Notes: generated by a model not told the origin, from the sequence alone. A stretch of DNA of 64,000 bases from Rhodocyclaceae bacterium UBA1310 (GCA_002307175.1 DBTS01000006.1:8200-72199); one strand, 5' to 3'; shown: positions 38,890-49,615, counted from the stretch's first letter. Numbers and translations: made by a program.

Positions 38890-41058
38890 TCAGAGCTTAT
38901 TCGATGGCCGGTCTGTGCTACGCAGTGGGGCGCAGGCAATCAGGGAATTGGGCTGGCCAGATGAATCCGCTACTACCTCCATACTATCCCGGTAGCGGCC
39001 TCGCAGCACAAGGAAATCCAGTACGGGGTCTGAGCAGATCTTGCCAATATCCGGGCTTGTCAGCACATGGGTTCCATTCCGGCCAATTGCGGACGTCTGA
39101 TGAAGGCAGAAATCGCCATCAATCCCGCAAAGGAACATTCGGCGCCGGTAGCCTTCAATGGCGGTTTGTCGCGAGAAAGCTGTCCCAAAAAGTTGTACGC
39201 TGCTCTCATAAAAGCTGCGGTGCAGCACAAACCAGCTCCATTCCAAGCCGCGATCACTGAGCACCACCGCTTCTCTGGGAATTCTGCTTTGCAAGACATC
39301 GGTCCATGGCTGATCATAGGCAGAGAGCTGTGCCTGGGTTGGCAACCAGAAGGTAAAGGCTCCGGCAAAGGTGGTCAGCCCCAGCAAGGGGAGTAGCACC
39401 TGTTCGTAAGGTGGTCGCCATTTATGGCGAATCCAGAAAAATGCCACAACACAGGCTGCGAGCATCATGATCTCGACGATCTGCATTGAGTCACCGAGAG
39501 CCCGGGAGATTGACTCTTTGAATTCTTTCTCGAAAAGCGCCAGAAAGTCTGACATCCCTAGTGCGCATAGCGTTCCCAAAGCTACCAGCAGACAGGCTTT
39601 GACCGGGAAACGAGCCCATATCGGGTGGTTGTGATCGGTGGTCACCAGCCAGACCAGGAAACAGATCATGGTACTGAGTGGCGTCATCGTCTCACCCACG
39701 AGCGGCGCCAGCACGATCGCCAGCAGAGCACACCCCGCAGTCATCACGCCACGGGTGCTGGTGCAGCGCATCAGGGCATAAAACAGGATTGGTACGACAA
39801 GAATCCAAAGCTCCACGGTGGATTGCACATAAGCTACACATTGCGGAGCAATGACTACCCAAGGCAGCAAACGCATTGTGCGGGTTTCAAAATATCGCGG
39901 TGGCATCCGCGAGAGCAGCACCCACAGTACGCAAGCGCTAATGGCGAGAAACAGCGCTGCCGATGGCGTGACGTGTAGCCCCAGGAAACCAATATTGCAA
40001 AAAGCCAGGGTGAGCAACGCCGCAGCCCAGCGCTGTGGTACGCTTCCCTGCCAGAGAGAAAGCAGCAGGCGGACATTCAGAATGATGCTGACGATCTGGA
40101 GCAACCATAAACCACGCCATGGCTGCAACTGAGTAATGAAGGCGTTCCGCAGGAGGCCGCTACCGATAATCCAGCTCCCCAGCATCACCAGAATGCAAAC
40201 GGCAAGGCACCACAGCACTCGTTTGCCATCGGTGAGGTGCAGATAATGTGCCAGTCCCAGGATCAGCATGAAATACACAGGCTTACTGCCCATGTCAAAA
40301 TTCCATTTGTCGGGTAGTAGATACGTATTGCCTGTGATCCTAATTATATTTATCCATTTCTCATCAAATTGAGATTGCAGAGTGTCAAGCCCTACCACCG
40401 AGAGAAGCAGGGCTGCGCCAGCCACCGCGCCCCCAAATGCGATGGATAGTCTAACGCGCGCACTGAAAGCGGCATCCGTTACAAGGACCATGCCCAGTAG
40501 CAAGCCGGCCACTGCAGACATGAGTGGATGCAGAACACCTGCGCAACAAACCAGTAGTGTGGCAACGGCATAGCGCCGATCCCACAGTGCCCGCAAAGAA
40601 AACAGACAGAGGGTTTCTGCGAAAATACGAGGTGTCAGGTTGGACTGTGCATATGAAAAACCGTTAAATCCGTCGTAATATGGGGATGTCAGCACTACGC
40701 CAGCCAGGCATGCTATCCAATAGGCTCCCGCCAGACGTCGGGTTAAGCAGATCAAGCCCGCAAACCACGCCACTTTGGCTGTGAGAGTTAAAGCAAGAGC
40801 CGCTAGTTGCAGCCCCAAGAAAGAGACAAAATATGTATAGAGTGCCGGGAATAATGTATAGCTTCCCTGACTGCCAAATTCCATAAAAAGATCATTCCTG
40901 AAGTTTTCCGGTGTTTGACGGAACAATGTCAGAAAGCTATAGAGGATGGAGTCCTGATAGATGCCAAAATAGGGGGCTTGCGCCAACCAGCAAGCGGCAA
41001 GGCAAAGCACAAGGCACGCCTGTAGCGCCTTGTTGAGGTGGATATTCTGACCGGGCAT
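38890..41058 (-). CDS. Large multi-pass membrane protein, probable GT-C-like glycan transferase
   Basis: 722 aa, many TMs; GIYQDSILY, NDLF..FGSQ, LTPRIFAE, HPLM; lower GC. Confidence 0.65.
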   Translation of the reverse strand: MPGQNIHLNKALQACLVLCLAACWLAQAPYFGIYQDSILYSFLTLFRQTPENFRNDLFMEFGSQGSYTLFPALYTYFVSFLGLQLAALALTLTAKVAWFAGLICLTRRLAGAYWIACLAGVVLTSPYYDGFNGFSYAQSNLTPRIFAETLCLFSLRALWDRRYAVATLLVCCAGVLHPLMSAVAGLLLGMVLVTDAAFSARVRLSIAFGGAVAGAALLLSVVGLDTLQSQFDEKWINIIRITGNTYLLPDKWNFDMGSKPVYFMLILGLAHYLHLTDGKRVLWCLAVCILVMLGSWIIGSGLLRNAFITQLQPWRGLWLLQIVSIILNVRLLLSLWQGSVPQRWAAALLTLAFCNIGFLGLHVTPSAALFLAISACVLWVLLSRMPPRYFETRTMRLLPWVVIAPQCVAYVQSTVELWILVVPILFYALMRCTSTRGVMTAGCALLAIVLAPLVGETMTPLSTMICFLVWLVTTDHNHPIWARFPVKACLLVALGTLCALGMSDFLALFEKEFKESISRALGDSMQIVEIMMLAACVVAFFWIRHKWRPPYEQVLLPLLGLTTFAGAFTFWLPTQAQLSAYDQPWTDVLQSRIPREAVVLSDRGLEWSWFVLHRSFYESSVQLFGTAFSRQTAIEGYRRRMFLCGIDGDFCLHQTSAIGRNGTHVLTSPDIGKICSDPVLDFLVLRGRYRDSMEVVADSSGQPNSLIACAPLRSTDRPSNKL

Positions 41059-41825
41059 TTTCTATATTGGTTTTTGTTGGGCGGTTTATCAAAAAATCTA
41101 TCAGGCCAATACAATATCAACAAATAGCCTAAATTAACGATTCTAGGTGTTACGCCAAATTGATTCAGAAGGTCCGATTTTTAGCGCTGCCACCTATTTT
41201 CTTAAATCTGCTTAATTCTATAGTTTTTGCATAGAGTTGAACAGGTGTCGATGTAGTTCAATAGCATTTTTCGTGCAAAAGGGATTGAGCTGCGTGAAAT
41301 CTATGGCATTTCCCTGGTCGCATACCAGTCCTCTCGACTTGGCAGGATTGCGCATTAGCAAGGTTGTGTGATGACCTTTTGGTGCAGTCCGCCGTAACTT
41401 TTTTCACAATTTCTTCCTGGCTGGGCTGCTTGCTGACGACTACTGGTTTGTCACAAGCCATGGCTTCTGTGTTGTGCCTCTGGCTGCTGTCACCCCTGAA
41501 AGCTTGATAATTTTGAGCTTTCTGGCAGATTTGAGGGCACCAGCTAAGCGATAGAATGGTTCTTTCGTCTGTTTGTGGGTTGGCTTGCCTGTCGGGGCGG
41601 CGAGAATGCTTATGTAACATGTTCCCCAGTGCATGCTGCTGCGCTGCTGTTGACTTTAGGTGTGGTAAGTGGTAGCAAAGTCGCGCTCTGGAGATCCAAT
41701 AATTTTCTGGTTCATCCGGCTTTGGTGTGGGTTACAACGCAGGCTGACATGCGTTTCGAAGGGTGGCACAGCGAGCCGTCAGCGAATTGCAGCTTCCGCG
41801 TGAATTTGCGGGTTCTCACTCGTTC

Positions 41826-41915
41826 GGTGCAATTCACTGCGTTCATTGCACCCTACATTTGCGGTGTATCCCGCGCTGTGGAGGGTGCGAAGGCCACACG
41901 AAAGTCTGAAGTACC
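41826..41915. repeat. REP plus MITE right-end TIR
   Basis: GGTGCAATTCACTGCGTTCATTGCACCCTAC (41826-41856) and CCACACGAAAGTCTGAAGTACC ending at 41915. Confidence 0.7.
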
Positions 41916-41935
41916 AATTTTTCTGCCGACTTCTT

Positions 41936-42841
41936 ATGAATCTCGATGAACTGGTATGCATCACCGTCACTTTTTTTCCTGATCCCGAAATTCTGAAGAG
42001 GCAGCTTGAGCTCTTGCCTAGAGAGAGCTGCAAACTTGTTGTAGACAATAGTGCTGACGTACGGACCCAGGCGGTGCTGGCAGATCTCTGTGCCAGTGTT
42101 GAAAATGCTTATGTGGTTTTTTTGGCTAACAATGTGGGGCTGGGGGAGGGGATTAATCAGGGCGTTGTGTGGGCGAAGGAAAATCTCTCTTCTTCCGTCC
42201 GCTATCTGTTGCTGCTGGATCAGGATAGTGAGCCACAGCCTGGCAGTGTTTCTCTGTTGCTATCAGAATTCAGGCGTCTGGAGAATGGCAATGTTCCAGT
42301 GGGATCTGTCGGCCCCAGTCTGAAAGATGCGCATACCGGGCTTTTTCATGGATTCCATCAGCCAGGGCAGATATTCTGGCATAGGGTTTTCCCCGGGAAT
42401 GATCAGGTGGCGTGTGTGCCGTGTGTCAATCTGAATGGAAGTGGTACGTTGACGACGCTTCGTATCTTTGAGGAAGCGGGGGGGCTGGAGGGCGATTTCT
42501 TCATTGATCACATCGATACGGAGTGGGCTTTTCGTTTGCTCTCCAAAGGGTATGGGCTATTTGGGATTCCGCGTGCAGTCTTCCTGCATCGCATGGGCGA
42601 AAATTCCATTCGGTTCTGGTGTCTGGGCTGGAGGGTATGGCCGACGCGATCCCCTTTGCGACATTATTATCTTTTCCGCAATGCGGTCAGCCTGATGAGG
42701 CGTGGCTATGTTCCTTTTATCTGGAAATTCTGGGGTATTGTCAAACTGATGCTGACGGCCTTTGTGCACGGTTTCTTTGATAAAAAAAGGCGGGATCAGT
42801 TGCGGCACATGATGCGTGGGGTCATTGATGGAATGCGGTGA
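41936..42841 (+). CDS. GT2 glycosyltransferase, RfbF rhamnosyltransferase-like
   Basis: VVDNS, NVGLGEGINQG, LLLDQDS, FFIDHIDTEW, SPLRHYYLFRN. Confidence 0.9.
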   Translation: MNLDELVCITVTFFPDPEILKRQLELLPRESCKLVVDNSADVRTQAVLADLCASVENAYVVFLANNVGLGEGINQGVVWAKENLSSSVRYLLLLDQDSEPQPGSVSLLLSEFRRLENGNVPVGSVGPSLKDAHTGLFHGFHQPGQIFWHRVFPGNDQVACVPCVNLNGSGTLTTLRIFEEAGGLEGDFFIDHIDTEWAFRLLSKGYGLFGIPRAVFLHRMGENSIRFWCLGWRVWPTRSPLRHYYLFRNAVSLMRRGYVPFIWKFWGIVKLMLTAFVHGFFDKKRRDQLRHMMRGVIDGMR

Positions 42842-42949
42842 GAGTGCTGAGGTGGAGAGCCTGGTTTGTCTTTGTGAAAACGCAAAAGTGCTTCGTCAGG
42901 GAGTTTGTCGCTTGTGTGAAATTAATTGGAAATATTGTAAAGGCTCAAT

Positions 42950-43573
42950 ATGAGGAAGATATTGTCTGATTTTATACAAAGATTTCCAACTATCTGTTTG
43001 CTCATCCACTTGTTTGTGCCGAGAGTCGGGAGTATGAGAGGTGATTTGCAGGGGGTGCACGACAGATTTGCCAATAAGGATGGGGGTGAGTCCATCGCCG
43101 TGGATTTAGGGTGTGGACCTGTGCCGCAAAATAGATTTCGTGCGACGAAGTGTATTGGGGTGGATCTTTATGAAGATGCTGAAAACAATGTGGTTAAGGC
43201 GCGGCTAGGGTTTGAGAAACTTCCCTTTGAGGATGGATCAGTTGATTATCTGACTGCGTATGATTTGCTGGAGCATATACCACGGTACGCGGATCTGCCG
43301 GAACATGGGAATGTTCCTTTTATCTTTCTGATGAATGAGTGTTATCGTGTTTTGCGGAGAGGGGGTGTTTTTTTATCAGTTACGCCTGTTTATCCTTACC
43401 TGGGGGCGTTTCAGGATCCGACACATAACAACATCATGACGGTGGATACATTGCGGATGTATTTTTCCAACCAGAAGCGGGAGATTGCGAAGCACTATGG
43501 GATTAGTGCAGATTTTGAGGTTTGTTACCAGAAAATGTTTGGCCAGCATCTGATTGCTGTTTTGAGGAAGTGA
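42950..43573 (+). CDS. Class I SAM-dependent methyltransferase
   Basis: VDLGCG, LPFEDGSVD, LLEHI, ECYRVLRRGG, AFQDPTH. Confidence 0.9.
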   Translation: MRKILSDFIQRFPTICLLIHLFVPRVGSMRGDLQGVHDRFANKDGGESIAVDLGCGPVPQNRFRATKCIGVDLYEDAENNVVKARLGFEKLPFEDGSVDYLTAYDLLEHIPRYADLPEHGNVPFIFLMNECYRVLRRGGVFLSVTPVYPYLGAFQDPTHNNIMTVDTLRMYFSNQKREIAKHYGISADFEVCYQKMFGQHLIAVLRK

Positions 43574-43583
43574 TGTGGCGGTT

Positions 43584-44855
43584 TCATGGTTTTTGTTTTT
43601 TCAGGACAATCAGCCATCCGATTGAAGCCATTCCCCATTCACTTAATGTCAGGGAGAAAATGAAACCCGTGTAGTTGAGCTGGCTGGACAGGAAGGGCGC
43701 AGACAACAAAAACAGCATAATGCCGGATAGTTCCAGTCCGCATCGCAGCCAGGGTTTTTTTAAACCCATCAGAATTGTGCTGGCGGTCAGGCGCATGCAG
43801 ATGGCGGGGCAAATAAATGCAAGTCTGGAGAGCACTTCCGGGATTTGAGTGTATTGCTTGCCAAAGAGAAAAACGAACAGTGGCGCGCATATCCAGAGCA
43901 TGGCACCCGCGATGGCTCCATACGCCAGGGAAATGGCAAACATCCAGTAACTCAACTTGGCCGATGAGGTGTTGTTTGCGGATTCCTTGAAGATGCGGGG
44001 GGTTGCGGCGGTTGACATGGCAACGATAGGTAATGCGAGCGCTGCGACGATGCGGGCCCCTGCGGAGTAGGTGCCGGCGTTTGAGGCACCTATCAGTCTG
44101 GGGGAGAGTGCCTTGTCGAGCTCGAAGGTGCCGCTGTATGTCAGCATCAGTACTGCGTAGCCCAGTGTGTTGCGAATATCCTTGATGGAGGGCAGTCTCC
44201 AATAACCCATTGAGGGCCAGAGGCCGGGCAGGCGTTTCTGGATGTAGAGCCAGGTCAGGATGGCCGAGGTGATGTAGCCGACCGCAAATATTTCCAGCGC
44301 ATGCTGCTTTTCGACGAGCAGTAATCCCAAAAGCATGATTGCGCGGAGTATGAGAGGCAGGCTGAGCAGCAATTGGGATTCAGCCGTTCTGGACAAGCCT
44401 TGCAACTCGCAGGTGGCAAGATAGTTCAAAGGCTGGATGATGAGCTCTGTCATGCCAATGAGAAGTACGGCGGCAAGCGGGATGGCCTCCTTCGGGAAGA
44501 GTCCGATGACGATTGCCAGATAGCTCAGCAGGAGTACCGTGCCGCAAAACAGGGTGGTGGGGATGGCAAACGGCAGAATGCGTGTGCGGTTGGCCGGGTC
44601 TATGGCGGTTTCACCGAGCAGCACCAGATGGGTTCCCAGGGTGGAAAGCGTGCCGAACAGGATGGCCAGCGCGGTGATGGCCGAGAATTCTCCGAACTGG
44701 GCAGGGCCGAGCAGACGTGCCAGAAAGATCAGCGTGGCGGCTTGCGCGACGAGCCGTACGCCAAATACCACGGTGGTCTTGAGCGTATTCCGGGCGATAT
44801 TTCCGGAGAGCAGCTTTTGCAGCAGATTGCGGATGCGGTAATAGGCTTCGGGCAT
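43584..44855 (-). CDS. Wzx-like polysaccharide flippase
   Basis: About 12 TMs; LARLLGPAQFGEF, GTYSAGARI; start uncertain (ORF extends to 45008). Confidence 0.85.
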   Translation of the reverse strand: MPEAYYRIRNLLQKLLSGNIARNTLKTTVVFGVRLVAQAATLIFLARLLGPAQFGEFSAITALAILFGTLSTLGTHLVLLGETAIDPANRTRILPFAIPTTLFCGTVLLLSYLAIVIGLFPKEAIPLAAVLLIGMTELIIQPLNYLATCELQGLSRTAESQLLLSLPLILRAIMLLGLLLVEKQHALEIFAVGYITSAILTWLYIQKRLPGLWPSMGYWRLPSIKDIRNTLGYAVLMLTYSGTFELDKALSPRLIGASNAGTYSAGARIVAALALPIVAMSTAATPRIFKESANNTSSAKLSYWMFAISLAYGAIAGAMLWICAPLFVFLFGKQYTQIPEVLSRLAFICPAICMRLTASTILMGLKKPWLRCGLELSGIMLFLLSAPFLSSQLNYTGFIFSLTLSEWGMASIGWLIVLKKQKP

Positions 44856-45071
44856 GGGCTGTGGGTTGAATGAGGATTCCGGGGCCGTTTGACTGCCTGC
44901 AGGTGTCCCTGACTTTAGGCCCCAAATGATGCAGGCCCAGTGGTCTGCCCTGTGGGTGGGGTGCCGTTGGCCACTGACGGACGCTATCAGCCGGGCAGTC
45001 TCGCCCATCCAGCTTTTTCACGCAACTGCCCGGTAGCCTGCCGGACAATTCGGGTGGAGGGGTGGCTGCAT

Positions 45072-45112
45072 CCCCTGTAGGGTTTGAGGGGAGGGGGGCA
45101 GGTCTTTAGGCT
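45072..45112 (+). promoter_or_regulatory. Phage-module promoter motif, copy 2
   Basis: CCCCTGTAGGGTT abutting TTGAGG-N17-TAGGCT. Confidence 0.65.
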
Positions 45113-45156
45113 GGTCGGGTCTTCATTGACCCAATTTGCTGAGGAGCCCATCCATC

Positions 45157-45738
45157 ATGAATCTGCGTACCGAACTTTCCCGCGAGCTGGCCGCTGAGCG
45201 TTTTGACCAGACTGCTGCAGGCCTGTATTTTCCCCGCCCCGGGGTGCTGGCCAGCGGCGAGTATATCGACCGCATCAACGGCGGTGCCTGGGAGCGCACC
45301 CGGAATCTTATTGTAACCGAAGGTCTGGTCTACATCCTGAATGTTGCACTGGGGAGCGTGGCCAAGCCGACGGCTTTCTATATTGCGCTGTTTTCGGGCT
45401 CCACGGCGCCGACGGCTTCGTGGACGGCTGCGCAGTTTGCCTCGGTGGCCGGGGAGGTGGTGAGCCTGACGGAAGGTTACACGGCTGCGACCCGCCCGGT
45501 GTGGAAGCCCACTGATGCGGGCAGCACGTCAGCGATCGACAATACGGGCAATGTGGCCAGCGTGACGATGGCGACCACGGGTTCGCTTACGGTAACGGGC
45601 GCTGCGCTCCTGACCAGCGCTGTGCGCGGCGGCACGACCGGCACCCTGCTGTCTGCTACCAAATACGCTTCGCCGCGCACCTTCCAGGATGGCGATACTT
45701 ACGATATCGGTTACCGGCTGACGCTTTCGGCGGGTTGA
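45157..45738 (+). CDS. Phage virion structural protein
   Basis: NLIVTEGL.YILNV, YIALFSG, EGY...RP.W, GGTTGTLLSA; GAGGAG RBS. Confidence 0.8.
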   Translation: MNLRTELSRELAAERFDQTAAGLYFPRPGVLASGEYIDRINGGAWERTRNLIVTEGLVYILNVALGSVAKPTAFYIALFSGSTAPTASWTAAQFASVAGEVVSLTEGYTAATRPVWKPTDAGSTSAIDNTGNVASVTMATTGSLTVTGAALLTSAVRGGTTGTLLSATKYASPRTFQDGDTYDIGYRLTLSAG

Positions 45739-45742
45739 TCGC

Positions 45743-48463
45743 ATGTTGTCCGCGCGGCCCTACGGGCTGTTTGTGCCGGATGGCGGCGAGTTGGGGCAGG
45801 AGGATCTGGCTGCCGTAGACGCCCAGGTGCGGCGGCTTTCCAATCTGCAGCAGGCTGGCGGGCTGCCGTCGATGAAGATGGTGCGCACGCTGCCCGGTGG
45901 TGGCAGCGTGATTGTGCAGAGCATCGGCGGCGTGCTGCGCGCCATTGTGCAGCAGTCGGTGGCGGCCGCGCAGGCCGTGACGGACACCACGGCGAAGAGC
46001 TACATCCCGATGCTCTTCTCCGGCGTGGTGACGGCAGCCTCGATGACTGACAATGGCGGTGTGGGCCTGCGCCTGAGCACGCAGACGCGGCGGCGGATTG
46101 CCGGTTACCCGAAGCGTGACGAGGCGCTGCCGGCGAAGGATCAGAGGCTGCAGCGCTTCGTGATCAAGTTCAGCGAGATGGTGCAGGAGCTGGACCCCGC
46201 GTTGAATCTGCCGGAATCCAGCGTGACCTATACCCAGTACGTGCGCCAGCGCCCGACCTGGTATTCCGGCGCGATGGCCGAGGTGATGCAGATTGTGGGA
46301 GGCTACGGGCGGCAGGATCTCTCCAGCCTGCCCAAAGCCAATGCAGTCGAGCAGGCGCGCATGGTGATTCCTGCGAATGTGATGGATGCCATCCGCCGCG
46401 AGCTGGGCAACACGCACCTGCCGGGCTATTCCGGCGTGCCGCCGCAGAATGGGCAGTTCCAGTTCGACTACAAATTCATTCAGACCCACGGTGTGGGCTT
46501 TGATGCTACTGGCGCCCCCTGGCTGCTGCGCATCAAGTCTGGCGGTGTGTATGCGATGCCGTTGCCCATCGTGCCTGCTACTGCTACCAAGGCGTTCCGG
46601 GCTTACATCGAGAAGGTGGGCGATCAGGAAATCCTCGCCATTCTGGATCGCTTCGGTGCCATGCCCAGCGGCGAGAGCTTCCCCACAATTTCAGGCGCTT
46701 TCGAGGCGTGGCGGCGGGCCGGCGTGATTATCAAGCTGTGCGCAGCCGATGAGTTCTACACGCACACGGCGTATTCCACGGCCTGTGGCTGGTCGTTCAA
46801 CGCCAAAGGCACAGAAGCCTTCAATACTTGTTACGACTACGATGAGGACGGCACCGGCTATGCCTACGGCCTCGCCTACACGCTCCGCATCAGCTATGGC
46901 AAGGCGGATTACAACGGCCGCCTGCCTGCCAACCTGCAATACGACGATGCGCAGGATCGCGCTGTGGTGACTGCCTACCTGGCAGCGCTCTACAAGCTGA
47001 TGGGCGCCAGTCTCGCGAAGAATGCCTCCGGCAGCAGCGCATCCAGCACAAGCACTAGTAGCGGCGGCATTTCCTATTCTGGCAGTGGCGGGTCTTCCTC
47101 AAGCAGCAGCACCACCACCACCGACACCTCGCTCGCCTCGCGCTACGAAGCCATCAAATACAAGTGGCGACGCAAGAGCGCAGCCGAACTGCTGGCGCGG
47201 GCCAAGTCCGTCACCCAGGTCACCAGCACCGAAGTGGATTACTGGGACAATCTGGAGCTCGATCCCATTGCCACGCACACGGCCAGCATCACGCAGGTTG
47301 CGCGGGGCTGGCTCTACAACAAGACGCCTTCCACCTCGGATTACGCGCCGCAGTTCAAATTTCCTGAGCCGGCGCTGGGGGGCTGTGTTTCGCATGACTT
47401 TCTGCCCATGATCGGCTCGGGTGGCAACCTGAAATGCGACACCATCATGTATGGCTACTACATCGGCGATACGCTCAAGGTGGTGAAGTATTTCTACGAC
47501 CCGGACAGTTCCAGTACCACGTCGGAGAACGATTTCGATGACTGCATGATCGTGGGATCCTGGACTGAGACGGTCTACACCACGCCCAAGGTGCCAATGG
47601 GGAATTTCTACACCACGGATTTTGATGACCGCAAGATGGCGGCAGACACTTCGACGGTGACGACCATTGTCGGCAAGGATCTGGGTTACGACACCACGCC
47701 AAGCTTTGCATACGATGGCTTCTTTTATCGCATTGGAAAGCTCACGCGGGCGCGCCACTACCAGCACACCACTACTGAGACGACCACCAAGGGGTATGGC
47801 CTGGGGCTGGCGGTGTGCGTACCTTACCTGTGCCGCAATGCGCTGCTGTATGCAAAGCGCGAATCAACATCGGGGGGCAGTGTTACCAAGAGCGTGCAGT
47901 TGGGCTCTGTGCAGGATCCCTATAGCTACCGTTTCTGGACCTGGGATTTTGTTTTCCGGTGGATTGGAGAAATTGAGGTGATGAGTGGCGACCCTTATCC
48001 CAAGGATGAAAACCCGGTGTGGGCCAGCATGGAGAGCTACAGTCCGGGCGGTTGCAGTGATTTTGCCGATAACGGGCCGTGGCTCTCACTGCCGGCAGAC
48101 ATCACTTACATCGTGCATCCTAAAGCTAACGAGCATTGGGAGAGTGGCGGCGGCTCGACGCCGAACGTCAAGGAATACTCGACGACCACGAAAAGCGGCA
48201 GCACCGAATCGAGTGCCCTGAAGCTGAGTTTCCCGGCGCAGGAGCAGACGCTCTCGGTGAAGCCGGAGAACTGGTACTGGACGCCTTCACCGGATGAATC
48301 GGGTTCGCTTTTCTATCGTGACGCCTCTAGGGTTTTATTCGGCAGCGTCACCTATGCCAATGTATCGGAGACGGCTGGCAGCAGCGGGCGCGTGCACTGG
48401 GGCTACTCCGTGCTGACCGATCACAAATCCGCCCATCATTTCATAGGTGTCATCAATGAGTAG
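45743..48463 (+). CDS. Large phage virion/tail protein
   Basis: 906 aa in the co-oriented operon; internal Ser/Thr/Gly-rich linker at 47024-47131. Confidence 0.7.
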   Translation: MLSARPYGLFVPDGGELGQEDLAAVDAQVRRLSNLQQAGGLPSMKMVRTLPGGGSVIVQSIGGVLRAIVQQSVAAAQAVTDTTAKSYIPMLFSGVVTAASMTDNGGVGLRLSTQTRRRIAGYPKRDEALPAKDQRLQRFVIKFSEMVQELDPALNLPESSVTYTQYVRQRPTWYSGAMAEVMQIVGGYGRQDLSSLPKANAVEQARMVIPANVMDAIRRELGNTHLPGYSGVPPQNGQFQFDYKFIQTHGVGFDATGAPWLLRIKSGGVYAMPLPIVPATATKAFRAYIEKVGDQEILAILDRFGAMPSGESFPTISGAFEAWRRAGVIIKLCAADEFYTHTAYSTACGWSFNAKGTEAFNTCYDYDEDGTGYAYGLAYTLRISYGKADYNGRLPANLQYDDAQDRAVVTAYLAALYKLMGASLAKNASGSSASSTSTSSGGISYSGSGGSSSSSSTTTTDTSLASRYEAIKYKWRRKSAAELLARAKSVTQVTSTEVDYWDNLELDPIATHTASITQVARGWLYNKTPSTSDYAPQFKFPEPALGGCVSHDFLPMIGSGGNLKCDTIMYGYYIGDTLKVVKYFYDPDSSSTTSENDFDDCMIVGSWTETVYTTPKVPMGNFYTTDFDDRKMAADTSTVTTIVGKDLGYDTTPSFAYDGFFYRIGKLTRARHYQHTTTETTTKGYGLGLAVCVPYLCRNALLYAKRESTSGGSVTKSVQLGSVQDPYSYRFWTWDFVFRWIGEIEVMSGDPYPKDENPVWASMESYSPGGCSDFADNGPWLSLPADITYIVHPKANEHWESGGGSTPNVKEYSTTTKSGSTESSALKLSFPAQEQTLSVKPENWYWTPSPDESGSLFYRDASRVLFGSVTYANVSETAGSSGRVHWGYSVLTDHKSAHHFIGVINE

Positions 48464-49613
48464 TACCTATCGCGACGACAACACCGATGGCGCCGCAGCC
48501 ATGGACAGCAGCTGGGGCGGATTCATCGTTCTGGCTGAAGAAGCGGCCAGCCTTGCCGGTGTGCTGCTCTTTGGCCTGCTTGTGGCGCACGATGGCGGTG
48601 CCGCCGTCGCGACCGACAGCCTCAGCGATGCCGTGCTCAGCCTGTTTGCCGAAACCGCCACTGCAGCCAGCAGCGTGCCCAGCCATCTGGCGGCTGCCAA
48701 TCTCGTGAAAGAGCAGGGCAGTGTGCGTGACAAGGCACTGCCGGTACTACGTGTGATGCATGAGGACCGCGCCCTCATCAGTGACGCCATTGCCTATAGC
48801 ACCACCCTGCAGACGAGCACTGATTCCGCCGTAGCCGTGGATGCCGTGCTGGCACAGCGGAAGATGGCGAGTGCCCTGGCCGAGCAGGCCACGCTTGCTG
48901 ATAGCGCCTGGCAGGCGGCACAGTCGATGGTGGCAGACACCGCACTGGCGACTGATGCCAGCTTCTCCGCCGTCAGCACCGCTCATGGCCTTGGCGACTC
49001 ATTCCAGGCGACAGATGCCACCACGGGAATGTTGCGCGCCCGCGAACAGCTGTGGGGTGGCGCGAGCGGCACCAGCAGCGTCAGCCAGCACCTGGCGGCG
49101 CGGGATTTTGTGTACGACTGGATGGATGCCGGCGATAGCGGCATGCAGCCGCGCCGCGCCGTGGCCTGGACGGCCAACACCACCAACTGGGCCATGAGCC
49201 GCTACGAGCCCTTCGACTTCACCTCGCTTGCCGTGATCAATGGCGTGATCTGCGCCACCGCTGAAGATGGCGTCTATGCCCTCGACGGAGAAGACGAAAC
49301 CATCACCGCCACGCTGACCACCGGGCTGCTGGATGTGGGGCAGGGCCAGCTCGCGCACCTTACCGATGCCTATCTTGCCTATGAGCTTGATGGCAGCGCC
49401 AGCATGACAGTCAGCCAGACACAGGGCGGCAGCAAAGTTGCCTACACCTACCAGTTGCCCGCCAAGCCTGCCGACACGCTGACCACTGGCCGCTTTCAGC
49501 TGGGCCGGGGGCTGCGCGGGCGGCACTTCGCCTTCTCTTTGCAGCTCACCGGCAAGGCAGGCTACATCAATGATCTGCGGGTCTCGGCCCTGCCGGTCAA
49601 ACGGAGGGTTTGA
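48456..49613 (+). CDS. Phage virion/tail protein
   Basis: Ala/Asp-rich repeats, then AWTANT..WAMSRY..F and GRGLRGRHFAF. Confidence 0.7.
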   Translation: MSSTYRDDNTDGAAAMDSSWGGFIVLAEEAASLAGVLLFGLLVAHDGGAAVATDSLSDAVLSLFAETATAASSVPSHLAAANLVKEQGSVRDKALPVLRVMHEDRALISDAIAYSTTLQTSTDSAVAVDAVLAQRKMASALAEQATLADSAWQAAQSMVADTALATDASFSAVSTAHGLGDSFQATDATTGMLRAREQLWGGASGTSSVSQHLAARDFVYDWMDAGDSGMQPRRAVAWTANTTNWAMSRYEPFDFTSLAVINGVICATAEDGVYALDGEDETITATLTTGLLDVGQGQLAHLTDAYLAYELDGSASMTVSQTQGGSKVAYTYQLPAKPADTLTTGRFQLGRGLRGRHFAFSLQLTGKAGYINDLRVSALPVKRRV

Positions 49614-49615
49614 AC

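Noticed and set aside
40845-40870. dif site (ATAATGTATA) explaining the skew change
   Set aside because: Inside a CDS, no XerD arm (TTATGTTAAA), and KOPS-like polarity does not switch.
41100-41800. JUMPStart/ops element or ORFs in the AT-rich gap of the glycan insert
   Set aside because: No GGCGGTAG match; the short ORFs lack motifs.
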